In this document: positions 35,355-50,294 of the stretch, piece after piece
How positions within the stretch are numbered: position 1 is the stretch's first letter
Layout: each line of letters opens with the position of its first letter
NCBI RefSeq assembly: GCF_000315625.1
Contig: NW_005434527.1
Location: 1 to 64,000 of the forward strand
Direction of reading: 5' to 3'
DNA: 64,000 nucleotides
Source of the DNA: Guillardia theta CCMP2712
Lineage: Eukaryota; Protista; Cryptophyta
Notes under the pieces: model-generated
Seen by the model: only the letters and a program-made list of their open reading frames with translations
Database searches by the model: none
Told to the model about the DNA's origin: nothing
Position numbers and translations under genes: made by a program

Positions 35355-38300
35355 ATGCTTGCAGCAGATCCTTCCGAACAACTCGATGATTTCGTCAAGA
35401 AATACATATTCGATCAAGATCACAGCCTGCCGTCTGCAAGCGAGCTTCAAGAAGCAGCCACCTTGGCGCAGAAGGGTGTGATTCGCGATCTAGAATATGA
35501 GCCCAAGCTTCTCATCAGCTCTGTCACTTTCTTACGTCGCATTTTGTCGGCTTCTGTTCAATGTGGAGGCAACCAGCATGGGAAGTTTTCAAAGGCGGAG
35601 CAGCAAGGTGCTGTCAACTGCTGTGATCCATTCAAAAAGCCCAACCCGCCAAGTACAATAACAGGGGTGGCTCCTTGGGCCGCCAAACCTGCAGGCGTAA
35701 AGGCTTCCAAGGGAGGGTGGACCGCGGGAAGTGCAGGAAAACCTATGACGGTTGCTCCATGGATGAACAGCCCAGGAAGCAGTGTTGGCGCGTCACTGGC
35801 AAGAAGCTCAGCAACAAATCGTCCCATTCAACTCTCTGATTCTACTTTGTGTGCGATGTCAGCGTCTAACTTGGTTCGCGAAGTCTACGATGCAGAAGAA
35901 TGCACGCAGCTGATACCTCTACTGAACGAAGATCAAGTGATTCTGATCCTACAGGTATGCTGTGAAGTGGTAGATCATCTATGCTCGATTGGAGCACTCC
36001 GCGAGGCTGCAGGATCCGTAGCTGCTGTTGAGTTCGCCGAATACCCTGAGGAAGAGAGACTCAAGATTTGCAAGAGTTTCAAAAGCTTCATCATATCGAT
36101 GTACTTGAGGTTTCCGAGGCTTCGATTCGAGATGAGGCGCAAGTTGGCATCATCTGTTCTGTTGAATGTGCAGCAAAGTTCCCAGGTGCCACGAAATCAG
36201 ATGGGCGTCCGGTTGCACCTACTTGATGGGGGATCTCGAGACTCCTCCATCACCTTGACAGGAGTCACTTGCGCTTTGGAGATTCTGTGTGGGATGATAA
36301 AAGGATTTCGAAGATCTGAAAGCTCCAAAAGGCATCTTCAGCTGCTTAGAGATTTTCTTCTCCCACTGCACGCGCCGAGCAGTATGGTGGATGATCGTAC
36401 TCCTCTCCTCGAGCTGATCCACAAAGAGCTTTGCTTGTGTCTTGTTTCTTTTGTAGAGTATTGCCCAAGTACAGCAGCTGAAATCTTGAAGTCTATCATG
36501 GATCATTGGCCGACTGCTCTGTCTGCAAACAGCACGAAAGAAGTCCTTCTGCTGCATGAAATTGAAATGCTTCTTGATCACTCTCCGGCAGAGGCACTTG
36601 GAGATCCCGCCCTTCGTGATCTGTTGATGGATAAGATTACGACATGTTTCGAAGGATCAAAGAATTTCAGGGTAGCCGAACGAGCATTGATGATGTTTCG
36701 CAGCGATGGGGTTGTGAACCTGATGAGGCAGCATCATGACTCTATCGTTCCTTGGATGATCCCGAAATTGCTGCGAGCAGCTTCGGAGCACTGGAACCAA
36801 TCGGTACTGAAGATGATCGGGTCGGCTCTGTCCGTGTTAGATAGCATGGACTCAGAATCCTTTGAGAGGCTCATGGGCGATCGGACTGAATCAGTTCGCG
36901 AAACTGCTGCGCGATTGAATCCTCCGGAAGACGAAGCCAAAGTTGCTGCCGATAACTCTGCTAAGCAGAGAGCAATTGAAAAACTGAGAGACGCGAGAGA
37001 CCTCAATCTGTTCAAGTTGGCTATGGGCCATGACCTCGGCGTTGGCGCTTACTCCCGGGTTCGCTTTGGCAAGTTGATCGTGAAGGAACTTCCGCAGTCC
37101 CTGTGGCCGCACATTGCTGTCAAGATTCAGGACAGAGAGGTAATGAATGCTCAGGGCTATGCAGCCAATGTTGAAAGAGAAATCAAAATACTGAGCATGA
37201 TCAAACATCCTTCTATAGTGGGATTCATCGGATCCTTTACTACAGAGCAAAGTGTTTTCATTGCTATGGAATATCTACCAAATGGAGATCTACAGACCAT
37301 ACTTGCAGCAAAGGGATCCTTGTCAACATCGGCTACCCGATTTGTTACCGCAGAAATCATACTGGGTCTCCAGCATTTGCATCAGAACGGAATCGTCTAT
37401 GGCGATCTCAAACCTGAAAACGTCTTGTTTGATCTGCAGGTGAGAATTGTATTTGTTGCTAAATCGAGACTTGTCGCAAAAGTGATACGGCGAACCTGCT
37501 GCCAAGCAGAGTGCTTGGGATGTCTAATAAACGGGGCTGATTTGATTTTTTTGCAGTTCCACGTCAAACTTTCAGATTTTGGTTCTTCGCGATTGAGTAC
37601 TTTGATCCTTATTCTAACCTTTCTGTTGAATGAGTGTGCAGTATCGGAAGAAGAGGAGGAAGAAGGATTCCGTGAAAATCGGGTTGAAGGAACAGCAGAT
37701 TACATTTCGCCGGAGGTTAATTTGTGAGCCAGAAAGAGCTTGTCTTTACAACCCATTCTCTTAGGTTGCACAAGGGTTGAGTCGTTCCACCTTCGCCTCA
37801 GACGCGTGGGCCTTTGGCTGCGTCCTCTTTCAGCTATTGGCTGGTCATGTTCCCATCGTCTCTTCACTCGACAGGCACCTAGAGGTAGCTTAATCCCCCC
37901 CTCCTAGAAATAGGGAGCAACATGGGGAGGAGAGAGGAAGAGCAGTAGCGAGTCGGGAAAAGCTTGAACAGGAGGGAACCGAGGAGCGAATATGATGACC
38001 TTGTGGCAGCACGAAAATGGCATCGAAGGGAACAAGAGAAAACTCAGCCGGATTGTTCAATTCAGTGAGACCTTCGGTGCTGAAGGTCCTTCTTGTGTTT
38101 GGTTGAACTCTTGTCGCATCCCTTTGATCAAGATTTCTCACTGCTCAGGTCCCGAAGATGACTTCTTCGACGATGGCTTTCCGCAGGAGGTTGAAGTCTC
38201 ATGCAGACAAACTTGTCCTGATGCCATCGCAGGCAAAGGCTCTAGTCCGCAAACTTCTCTCTGTAGATCCCGCACAACGTTTGGATACAACGAACCCTCA

Positions 38301-38886
38301 AGGTATTTGGAGTGATGTGAAGAGTGACGGGTTCTACGCAAGGTTGTAAACAGAAAACTCTCCTAGCCCTCACTGAGCTGCTTTCTTCCCAGTGTTAATT
38401 TTGAGACCCTCCCGTCCCTGCAACCTCCACAATTCCATTCAGGGCTCGTCTCAGCAGCCACTGCCAACGATCGGCAATGGAACCGGAGGAAGCAATCCAT
38501 GCTCTGGTCGCCCATGCCTGACAACTACTCCAAGGTAAAGACGGTGGAGCCGTGGAGTGCATGGTGTCTTGACGGCTAGCCTTCAGGCTTCTTCTGCTTC
38601 CCTCGTTGTCCTTCCAGAGGAGCCGGAGGGAACGCAGCAGGTGGTTATAAGGTCCTGCAAAGACGAACATCATGCTCTCCCACCTACTGGCATCGTGCCG
38701 GCCATCAAGGAGGACGTGGCCATGGAAGAGGAAGGTGGAGGGGAGTCACAGGGGTCGATGCTAGGGCATCCGCGTGAAGAGGACGAGGAGATCGAACACA
38801 AGAGACCCTTCATATCGCCAACGAGTGGACGTCCGCCTACTGTTCCTTCAAGAAGTGGCGCGAGGCAGACTGGGGGTCATATTTAA
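35355..38886 (+). CDS. PP2A B56-type regulatory domain fused to a Ser/Thr (AGC/PDK1-like) kinase
   Basis: FLLPLH, HWP...KEVLLLHEI, FRVAERAL and HWNQSV (B56), followed in the same frame by LGVGAYSRV, IAVK, YGDLKPEN, DFG and GTADYISPE. Confidence 0.85.
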
Positions 38887-38934
38887 TTCGAGGGTACGAA
38901 AGCCAGGGAAATCAGCGATTCGGCCTACTTTTCC

Positions 38935-41528
38935 TCATGCTCCCATGCTTTTGGCTCCAGCCATCTGATGTTTCGCCATGACTGAGTACATGCCCTGCAA
39001 CATGCGATAAGGAAGAGAGCACTGAGTGCGGGCAACATGCGATATGGAAGAGCTCTCTCTCTCTCTCTCTCTCTACCTGTAGCTTCATGAGCTCTTGATG
39101 GGTTCCCTTCTCTACAATCTCTCCATCTTCAAGGACGCAGATACCTGCAGATCACAATGAGGCGACAAATTCAAACTTCATGCTCTTCTCACAGGTGGCG
39201 TCCTTAATGGTGCTCAGGCGATGTGCGATCACGAGGACAGTTCTTCCCTTCATCAGCCTGTAGCCACTCACATCCTCCCTGCTCCAAGAGACAGGTACCG
39301 GTCGAGCGCCTCTTGCACGGCTCCTTCACTCCTCGCGTCAAGCTGACTTGTAGCTTCATCGAGTATGAGAATCTTCGGGTCTTTCAGGATGGCTCGCGCG
39401 ATACTGGGAAGTCAGATTAGTCACTTCCTCTGCCACGCGTTTTGTCGGACCTGAGACGCTGCCTCTGCCCTGCACTTAGTCCGACCTGACTCACCATAGT
39501 CTCATACCTAGCAAGGATGTCAGTAACAGAAGAATGAAGAGTGCATGGCAGACCCCTGCGGAAGCTTGTTGATGAATTCTTCCGCGTTTGCCTCACGAGC
39601 TGCTCGGATCACCTCCTCATCAGTGGCGTGGGGTTTGCCATAGCGAATATTGTCCGCCACAGAGCCATGAAAGAGCATCGGCTCCTGGCTTACCGTCGCC
39701 AACTTGCTACGAAGCCACTCCAGGTCGAGTTGGCGGAGATCGCGACCATCAAGCTAATCGTGCGTGTGAGGTCAAGTACAAGGGAGGTGGGAGGGAGTGG
39801 AGGACAGTCTGAAGCCAAAAGAACACAAGGAAGCAATGAAGAGCACATGAGGAACGGGTATTCGGGACATGTTAGCGAAATGACAACCTTAATGTGCCCG
39901 GAGTCAGGATCGTAGAATCGCTGGAGCAGAACAGCAATGGTGGACTTGCCGTTACCGCTGCCTCCTACGAGCGCTGTAATGGTGCCGGGATTGAGGGTGA
40001 GGTTGAGTCCCCTTATCACTGTGACATCAGGTCTCGTTGGGTATGAGAAGAAGACGTTCTGCAGCTCGAGGGTGCCATGGATACTGTTTGGTTGGCTGCC
40101 TCTGCCTCGTTCAATGAGAGGCTGACGACGAAGAGTGCCAAAAACCTTGGAGGCGGACGCGAGAGCTCGTTGCTGCTCGTTGAGTATCTGCATGAGACTT
40201 CCAAGGGCGTTCCCAATCTTCCAGCTGTACTGCATGAACTGCATCATGTTCTCCAGGGTGATTCTTCCCTGCGCCACAAGAGATCCGCCATAGTACATTC
40301 CGCCAGCAGACAACATGAGGTTGACAGCATTGAAGAAGAGATGCGCTCCTCCCGTGAAGATACGATACTCGTTCTCCATCACGTACTGTTGCATCATCCT
40401 CTCCTCATACCTCTCGCTCTCCTTGCCTTCCGCACAGAATGATTGAACTGTTCTGGCGTTGTTGAGAACCTCAGAGGCGATTGCCGCTGTTTCTCGAGCT
40501 GCTTCATGTGCTCGAATCGCCTTCTTCCGACTTGCTCCCTGTGCTGCAACTGAGGCAATCGAAAGTACTGGAACAGCTGCGACCACCAAGAGAGTCGCAT
40601 ACGGTGAGATAGAAAGGACTTTGTATGCTCCATATACGATGGTAGTCAACGATGTCAAGGTGTTGGTGATCTGGTCAGTCACTGCCTGCTGCATTCTCAC
40701 CACATCCTCGCCCATCATGGACATGAGCTGGCCTTTGCTGTTTGCATCAAAGAAACCTATCTCCTGTTGAAGCATGGCAGCATACAGCTTGATCCTCAGT
40801 TTCTGCCGAATGCGTTCGGCCAGAGTTGCCATGAGAAAGTGTCTTGTTCCATCCAGCAGAATGATCGCTCCTTGAAGAAGCATGAATGTGTAAATAGGGG
40901 CTTTCAAGGGTAACTTTTCTCGACAAGCTGTCATGACGCCAGAAAACGCTGAAGGGAGATACAGGTTGAGGAGAGTGAATGTTAGCGTGACCGCTATGGC
41001 TGCCGCAAGGAAAAACCATTCACCATCGAGAATGCTGAACAAGTCATAGAAGCTAACGGGCTCTTCCTCGTCGCTGAGTGAAGAAGCCGGTTGCTGCTGG
41101 TGTCCTCCCTGCATTGTTGGAAGACCTGTTCCTGGTTCGCAAATCGCATCGTTACTCTGTCCTGATAGCTGCAAGCACAGCACTGAAGACGCCCCTGCTG
41201 CCAGCAAGCTTGCCAATCGTGATCCTGATGTATCACATGACCAGTTTTGGTCGTCATGGTGATGATTCTCGTGACTTTTGTTTTTGAACGTTCCCGAGGT
41301 CTTAAGATGTTTGGTCTTCTCCAGATCTGAAGGGGATTGAAAAATGTTGGAGATGTGCGGGTGTCTTGAAACCACGTTGGACGTGGAATAAAGCTGCTTC
41401 ACGTGATTGAGAAGGATCCTCGATGAAGAGCTGACGGTTACCCTCTGCATTGAAGATAGTGGCAGAAGAGAAGTAGAACACCACATAGATCGTGCAAGCA
41501 GTGATATTCTTGAATGTGGAAACATCAT
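38935..41528 (-). CDS. ABCB half-transporter (ABCB8/ABCB10/MDL1-like, probably mitochondrial)
   Basis: TM domain; FSYPTRPDV; Walker [10 protein letters not shown]; VSQEPMLF; LILDEATS; IAHRLSTI; presequence-like N-terminus. Confidence 0.9.
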
Positions 41529-42237
41529 GGATCTTGCAATGCTCCTTTGTCCTCAAGCCGTCAAGCAACTACTAGACTAGTTCCCTACCATATCTCCAGC
41601 CATGCTGAAGCTATTTTTTACTCCCAAGTGTCCACCACGGTCATCAGTAGTGCCAGTCCCGGATCCGGCCTCATCCAAGGCCCCGCAACCGTGTATTTAA
41701 TTGATTTATTCAAAGAATCAAACTGGTTTGATTCGATCGCATTTAACTTAAAAACTTTGAGCAAAGAGTGCAGGGGACCAGATTTGAATTCTATTCCCCA
41801 AGCATCCAGTACCGGTATGATTCACTGTAAAACGTACTCATGAACATGGGTGGGTGATTACTTGCGTTCAAACGGAAAGGGTGGACCGACCCCTCACCAT
41901 CCTCTGCTACTTTCACAATGAAATGTTTATCCTAAATTTGGAAATTTAGTGGACTCTTACCCCCCAAATGCAATAAAATTCTCATAGGGGAGGGGTGGAA
42001 TTGTTGGCAGTTGGTTGGTATCGCGGTTGGGCGGGGAAACTCGGGGAGAACAGAGGGAGGGGTGGTGGTAGGATCGGAGGGGTTGATTTGAATTTTGTAG
42101 GGGTAGGGTAAAGAGTAGTACGGGGTGATGCCTGGGAAGATTATGGGAATATTGGGGTCATGTGAGATAATGTTGGATGACGGGGTACTACTTTTTTTGA
42201 ATCCCAGGGTGGGTAGCAACGGGCTGGGAATTATTAA

Positions 42238-43710
<1,473 letters not shown>

Positions 43711-44037
43711 ATTTCCCAACACTTAACTAACAGAGTTTTGTATTTTGTTTCCATCTAGATCTTTCCTAATAGAGCTCGACATAGTATTGTACCATTTGCG
43801 TGTAGTTTCATTGATTTGGAATAGTTGTATGGAAGTTTTGACTAACTCTGCAAAACCCTAAACTTTAGATAAAATTTTAAGGTTTCCTTCCAGACCTATT
43901 TTTCTCTCCATCACGCTTGACGGAGTGTCATGGCCTAGATGTTGCAAGAACATTTGCTGTGAGTTACGGTACGGTCCGACAGTCGATGTGAAACAGCATG
44001 TTACAGTAGTGCTGGCCGGTATGAGGATCAAAGTCTG

Positions 44038-44109
44038 AACTTTGAGTAAACCGTAGCCGAGCGTCCACTACTGTTGCTCGTACTGATTTTTAACTTAACT
44101 TTGAGTAAA
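44038..44109 (+). repeat. Two tandem short copies of the 3'-anchored repeat
   Basis: AACTTTGAGTAAA (44038-44050) and CTCGTACTGATTTTTAACTTAACTTTGAGTAAA (44077-44109). Confidence 0.8.
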
Positions 44110-46066
44110 GGACTGTTGCCCAGCATTCCCGCAAAGCAAGGCGGCATGCACATGATGAACGATGTCTTATTTGCTGCTGTATCTCTATTCGTCTCCTTCA
44201 CTCTCTCTCTATGAACTTCCCTCTTGTTTCCTTTGTCTTTCTCTGCTCTCTTATTCAAACGAAATCCGTCTCTTCGCGGCATGTGCAAGATGTAATTCGA
44301 GCCATATCTCCGCCGGGCGTAGGACCACGAAGCGAGGAATTTGGTCCTAGGCGTGCGCTGGGAAGCACGGACATAGATGGGAGAGGCGTACAGCATACTG
44401 TGTCTGTCTGTGGCCCTTTCATGTTCTTGGAAGACGCATTGCTTCCACGAGGTTTTGCTTCCCTTCAGTACTTTTCAGGCTATTGAGAACATTTCAGGAA
44501 AAATGCCGCCTCTGGGCAAGCATCCGCATGCTGGGCTATGTACTGCCACGATCTTGCTGCGAGGAGACTCCATCAAACACTGGGATAACATAAGGGACAT
44601 AGAGGAAACGGCAAAAAGCGGGGGCGTTTTGTGCCTGCACAGTGCCGGAGGCATCGTACATTCTGAGGAAGCTCATGATGAGGACAAGGATGAGAGCAGC
44701 TTCACGCACATTTTGTACGTGTGGTTCGATCCAGGTAAATGAATGCCGTGTTTAAAATCCAGATTCATCGATTATTCCAGGAATTCATAGAAGTCAATTG
44801 ATGTTTCCAAGAATTGAAATATTTGAGCCCTGTCAGTTGCCAATGGTATTTCCCCTTCTCTTTCCCTTTCCCCACACCCTGTTGATGTCTGAATTGGACT
44901 AAACAGATACAAGAAAGAGACATGCGCATACGCTTGTTCATGGGTTCTTACATGGGTCGGACTTCCCCAGTCTCTACGTACGACGCTGAGTAAGAACTCT
45001 TTGATCCTCATTCGCGTGAGTGACCTCTACTAGCATACTAGTACTCGACTGTCACTTGCCACCCGGGGAAGAGGAGCATGTCATTTTGATCCCCTCGCGC
45101 ATGGATGCGGCTATCGTCTTCATTCCGAGGTTCGGAGGGTCAGGCTATTTCGGTGGCTCGAGGACGCCAATATCAGAGCTGGAAACAGGAATGCTTTCAG
45201 CCACTGGCAACTTCATGTCAGTTAGGAGCGCTTCCAGTCTCAGTTTGCATTTTTTCCTCCTTGCTGGCAAGAGTTTCTCCCTAGAGGAGCGAACTTTCCT
45301 TTTGACAGGCCACAGCGGGGCGGTAAGTGGTCATGCTCGGCACCCGCAGCGATTGACCCCAATGCCGACAGGTGCTTGCTACCAGTGAGGAGAAAGCGAG
45401 GAGTTTGATGGAAGACTTCGAGAGAGACCCAGATAACTTTGGAAACTTTTTTGATGTATTGCATCCTTGCGCTTCTTCTTCTCTAACCTCAAGCAGGAGG
45501 AGGCTTGGCACAAAAAGAACGAGGAGCTGGACATGTCCTACCCTGAAGAATCGTCACCACCTTCTCTTACCGATATCCCTGACTTTCCAGACCCCGGAGG
45601 AAGGCTCAATGTCACATACGATGATTCAGAATGAAAGGTGGAAGGAAGGAGAGAAGAGTCATGGCATTCCAGTTTCATAACATACCATTCCAATCATTTA
45701 CCTCATCTCCAACCTGTACATTCTTATTTTACAGTAGCTAGCCAGATGCTTGGCATCTTATCAGGCGGTTTGTTTGAGAGCCCCCCGTCCTTGTGGCCTG
45801 CTAACATCTACAATATGCTCTAAGGATTCACCTCTGTCTTTCAAATATTGCTGCAACCTGAGTCAGCAGGTAGTGGTCGTATAGAGTCATTCACCTCCAG
45901 TTTCGCGATCCCTCGCAGCTGAACTTCTCGATCGGGAGGAATGTAAAATTTCTCCACGCATGTGCCTCCTCTTCTCGAGATCTCTGTAACTTGCCACCCC
46001 AATCTTTCCAGCGAATCATCAAGAACCTAGGGTTGAGTCAAGCTGCAAACAGTTCCAGATGAGATC

Positions 46067-49000
46067 TCACCCTGTTTGGTGCAGAGCAGGTTCTCTTGAC
46101 ATGCCCCGAGCCCCCACAATTATTGCAGAGGTATTTGTTCTGGACCTTGTAGTACTTGCCTCTGACTCCTTCTCGCCGACACCATTCTCCCTTGGTTCGG
46201 TTCTCTGGAGCTTGTTTGACTTTGACCGGCTTGGCATGTTTTCTTTTCTTTTCTTTTTCTCCAGTCTTCTCCTGCTGAGCACTTCACCCCCACTTGAAGC
46301 CTGACCATGCCGGAAGGACCGAGAAGTTTTCTTCTTCTTTTTCTTTTCGAGTTTGCGTTCTTCTTCCTGGTCAATGACGTCGCTTGCTTGTGAGGTGCAA
46401 TCGGAAAGCGAGCTGCCTTGCCGCTCTTCTTTCGACAACGCTGAGTTTGCTTGCGCATGTTCCGCGCTCTTCCAACCTGCGTCTGCAAATGCGTCGGTCA
46501 CCACGGAAGGGAGCGAGCTTCCCATCAGTTCTTCCGCAGCCGAAGTTCCTTCGCTCTCGTAGACCGCGCGGACCATCTCGGCTCTGAATTGCTCCAATCT
46601 TGAAAGCCCTGGCTGCTTGGGATCCACCTTACGTGGATGGCAGCTCAAGCTCCGCAGTCGACTAGGCCTCTCGACAACATCTTCGCCGGCATGGTTGGAC
46701 TTATATTTTGTTGACTGCCCGGAAAATGACTGCACTGCCTGAGACTTTCTCACCCTCGAGACGGAACTTGAGGGCGTCATGTCGTCACTCTCAAGTTGCA
46801 AGTTGTCATTCGTCATCTTCCATTCATCCTCACTCTCCCATGTCGATGTTTCCTTCTCCAAAGATGACAAATCTTCGCGAGTCTCTCTGCGCGTGGGCTT
46901 GACAGTCAGTCCGAGCTCTTCCAATGCTTTCTTGTTCTGCTCGATTCTTCGAAATCTGTCTTGCTCATAATTGCATGCTGCTTCTGAATCGCGCTTGTCT
47001 GCTTGGTCGTGATCCTGTTCCATCTCGTCGTTACTTACAGGACTCTTATTGACATTTACTTGAGATTCATTCCCGACCACCTCAGCTTTTCTCGGAGAAT
47101 TCACGCACATGACCTTGCAAGTGAGTAGAGCGGCCAAGAGAAAGTTGTTGATAGACATTTGCTGCTGCAATTTGTCCTGTAAGATAGAACAATCATTGCA
47201 ACGCTTGACAGGTAGGGTTGTCACATTCCGCGAAAAGACAACTTTAGCGAACTCATTGTCAAGTAGAAAACGATCGCAAGCTTGGAGAAGAGACTCCACT
47301 GAAATAGGTTTGACGACTGAATCAAAATTCGCTTGTTTAAATTCATCACATGTGGAACTTGCATTCAAGATAGTTGGCTCATTATTCTTCAAATTTTGTT
47401 TTGTGGCATCCAGAGAAGGAGTATTATTTTGTTCTGCTGCTATATCATCAAGCGTCTTGGTATCCATATCTCTCTGGCTTTTGGTCATTTCGGAATTGCG
47501 CTGTGTGACTTTCTGATCCTTTAAGTGGTGATCAGAGCAATGAGAATCTTGTGCGCGAAGTACTGGACCAAGACTTTTATCGTCTTCGCTTTCAACGACC
47601 ATCTTCTGAGTATCAGTCTCCCAGTCAATCATCATACCCTTCAGCTCAGGCGTCGGAACTTGAGATTTCAAGGTCTCCCTGTTGCAATGCGTTTCAAACT
47701 GGAAGCTCTTCGCTTCTCGGCTAACGGAAGAGCTCAAGGCTGTTGAACTGTTTACTCTCTTCTGCTCACACCGTTCGACGCTTGATACATCATTGCAGCC
47801 AACCATGCTCTCGTCGTTATCTGACTCGCTGCTAAAAACATAGTCCATGTCGTCAAAGCTGATTTTGCGACTGTGATCAAGTGGTGGTTCAGATCGAAAC
47901 GACTTCTCGGAGGGAGCTGAGCAAGGACGATTCAACTTTCCTTTCTGGGAGCTTTGGAGGTCCTTCTTGGGTTCCAGCGATTCTCTTATCTTCCTTACCG
48001 GCGTCTTGAGAAACCTGAACGTGGGAGTGAGCATCCATTTCTCAAATTCTGACTGATCTTGAGGCTTGTCAACTGGAACCCTTCTGGGAGGACTTGTCAG
48101 GAAGCTCGTGTGAGGCGTGTCTGTGTTCAAACAAGCGTTTTCCGGAAGGCTGTTGGCTGTTGCGCTCTCTTCACCTGCAGAGGATGAATCCTTCTGCAAA
48201 AACCTTCTGCGGAACGAATGGAAATCGTGATCTTCAGGCCTTGATTTTTGATTTTTGTTGAAATCTTCCAACTTCAATGTCTTGAGGAGATGATTCCTCA
48301 TATTTGCCGAAGTCTGTTTCACAATCTCCCGCGCATGTTCGGGGAATTTTTCAGCGACCTGAGAGACAGCTTGTTTCCCGCAACTGCGCACAGCAACTGA
48401 AGGATCATTCAAGGCCTTGACGACCAGACGAGAGATATTCTCAATGTGAGCAGTCAGCTCCTTGTCACTTCGATTTCTAAGCGTTTGGATAAGGACACTC
48501 GCGCAGCAATGCCTTACAACCCCGTGAGATGAGACAAACCTCCTTTGAGTCTTTTTACCTGAGAGGGAGATGCAAATCTTGAAACCCCCGATCCAGTTCG
48601 ATCAAGACATTGGCAAGGTTCAAGTAATCAGCTATGGAATGAATACAATCCCATGAAGCCGAGGAGATCACTTTGACCTTCAAAACTTGAGCTTAGACAA
48701 GACAGTAGATTTGAGTTGTGCACAAGAACTCACTGTCACGTATGTCAGTTGGAGCAAACTTGATAGGAGAACAGATGGATATGAGTCAAAAGCTTTTCCT
48801 ATATTTTGAATACAAGCAGTGATTGTACCTTTTCATCGTGATCAGAACGAACCAAAGAGAAACAGACACAGAATCGACTTACCACAGGTTTCTTTGACCA
48901 GACTAGACCTCTTGTCTAGCAATTGTTCACATATCATCGGGACGAACTTGCAGAACAAGTTCACAGGAGTGTGTTGAACACTGTATCACGGGTCACACCA

Positions 49001-49260
49001 ACTATTTTGCTTGCTCACGGGATATTTGACCTCACACCGCCGGGAAGCTGCCCTGTTTCAATCTCTTTGAGCACTTTCGGAATTTCTTGTATTGCCTTCA
49101 CTCTCTGCGAAACTCCTGAATCAAAAACGAATTTCCTCGCCAAATACAAACCATAGCCCAGTCAACATTTCGCTCAGCTAACGAAGTTTCAATGTTCTGC
49201 ACCCTTGACTCCCACAACTGAACACCCTGCAACCAATCAAGGTCGATTCGAACTGGAAAA
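46067..49260 (-). CDS. CLASP-N/TOG (HEAT) domain protein with long low-complexity region
   Basis: Exons encode LLDKRSSLVKETC, VISSASWDCI, VVRHCC and LNDPSVAVRSCG. Further 3' exons are likely below 46067. Confidence 0.6.
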
Positions 49261-49458
49261 TGGAGAGCACATTCAAGGCATTCGTATCCTCTTTGGTTGA
49301 CTCCGAGAACTTGGCTGCTGCACAGAAATCAGTATTGTAGTGTTTGAAAATGCGAAGAGACCTCTGATTAACGGTTGTTTCTGTGTTGCCTTAGCACTGC
49401 TTTTCAGTATCCTTACCGATTCCGACGATCTGGAAGCACTCAGAATACATACATGCAT

Positions 49459-49530
49459 GGGGAGGGAGGGAGGGAGGGAGGGAGGGAGGGAGGGAGGGAG
49501 GGAGGGAGGGAGGGAGAGGATGGGAGAGGG
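49459..49530 (+). repeat. (GGGA)n microsatellite
   Basis: Direct inspection. Confidence 0.95.
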
Positions 49531-49555
49531 CGAGGGTGAACGAGGGCGAGCGGGA

Positions 49556-49954
49556 TTACCCTTTCAAAACGTTGTCTTGTTTAAGAAAGCCGGTCTGATG
49601 TTGCAAGACCTGAGCGTCGGCACCTTTGAGCTCTTCAGTCTCGTCATCCTCAAGGAACTTGCAGGTCTTTTGAAGGAGAAAGGGAGGTGTTTCCGATCCT
49701 CCTCTCAGAGTGCTGCAGCCAAACCCTTGAGGCTTGAGACGCGAGACGGCATTCGCTGATACTAGCTGCGCATCTACTGAACTGAAAACTCTTGCGTCCT
49801 CAATTAGCTTAGCGATGTCCCACTTGCACGGGCATGACGTGGAGGGATGGCTCGACACAAAGGAGCTTCGCATGGGAGAGTAGAGTGGATCGACAGGGAG
49901 GAGCATAACGACGACACAGATCAAGACCTGGACGAGTCCTGCGCTCTTCATCAC
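49556..49954 (-). CDS. Signal-peptide-bearing ORF (first exon of an unknown gene)
   Basis: Hydrophobic N-terminus, LRGG motif, ends at a GTAATC donor-like site. Confidence 0.4.
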   Translation of the reverse strand: MMKSAGLVQVLICVVVMLLPVDPLYSPMRSSFVSSHPSTSCPCKWDIAKLIEDARVFSSVDAQLVSANAVSRLKPQGFGCSTLRGGSETPPFLLQKTCKFLEDDETEELKGADAQVLQHQTGFLKQDNVLKG

Positions 49955-50294
49955 AGGGATCTCAGTGGATCAATGCACGAGGGACCCCTTCGCCTCCGCT
50001 TGACGGGGGCCTCTCGTTCATCTTTATGTGCATGTCTTCATCCTCCAGTGCGTCGAGTCTTCCGCTAGTTGTCACGCACATGCTGACTAGCAGGAGCATC
50101 TCCCATCCTCCCATCCTCCCTCACTCACGCATGGAAGGGCTTTTCCCCGCCATATTTCCTTTTAAATTTTGAAATCCAACCCAAATTTCGATCAGCGAAT
50201 GCAGCTCTGAGGCGCAGGAATGCGCTCCATGCGACGCCTGTGGGTGTGGCGGATGCTCATGGCGGCGGTGGCAGGGAGCGTGGCAGGAGGAGAC

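Noticed and set aside
44110-46060. Several short ORFs
   Set aside because: No recognisable motif; they may be 3' exons of the CLASP-N gene but cannot be assigned from sequence alone
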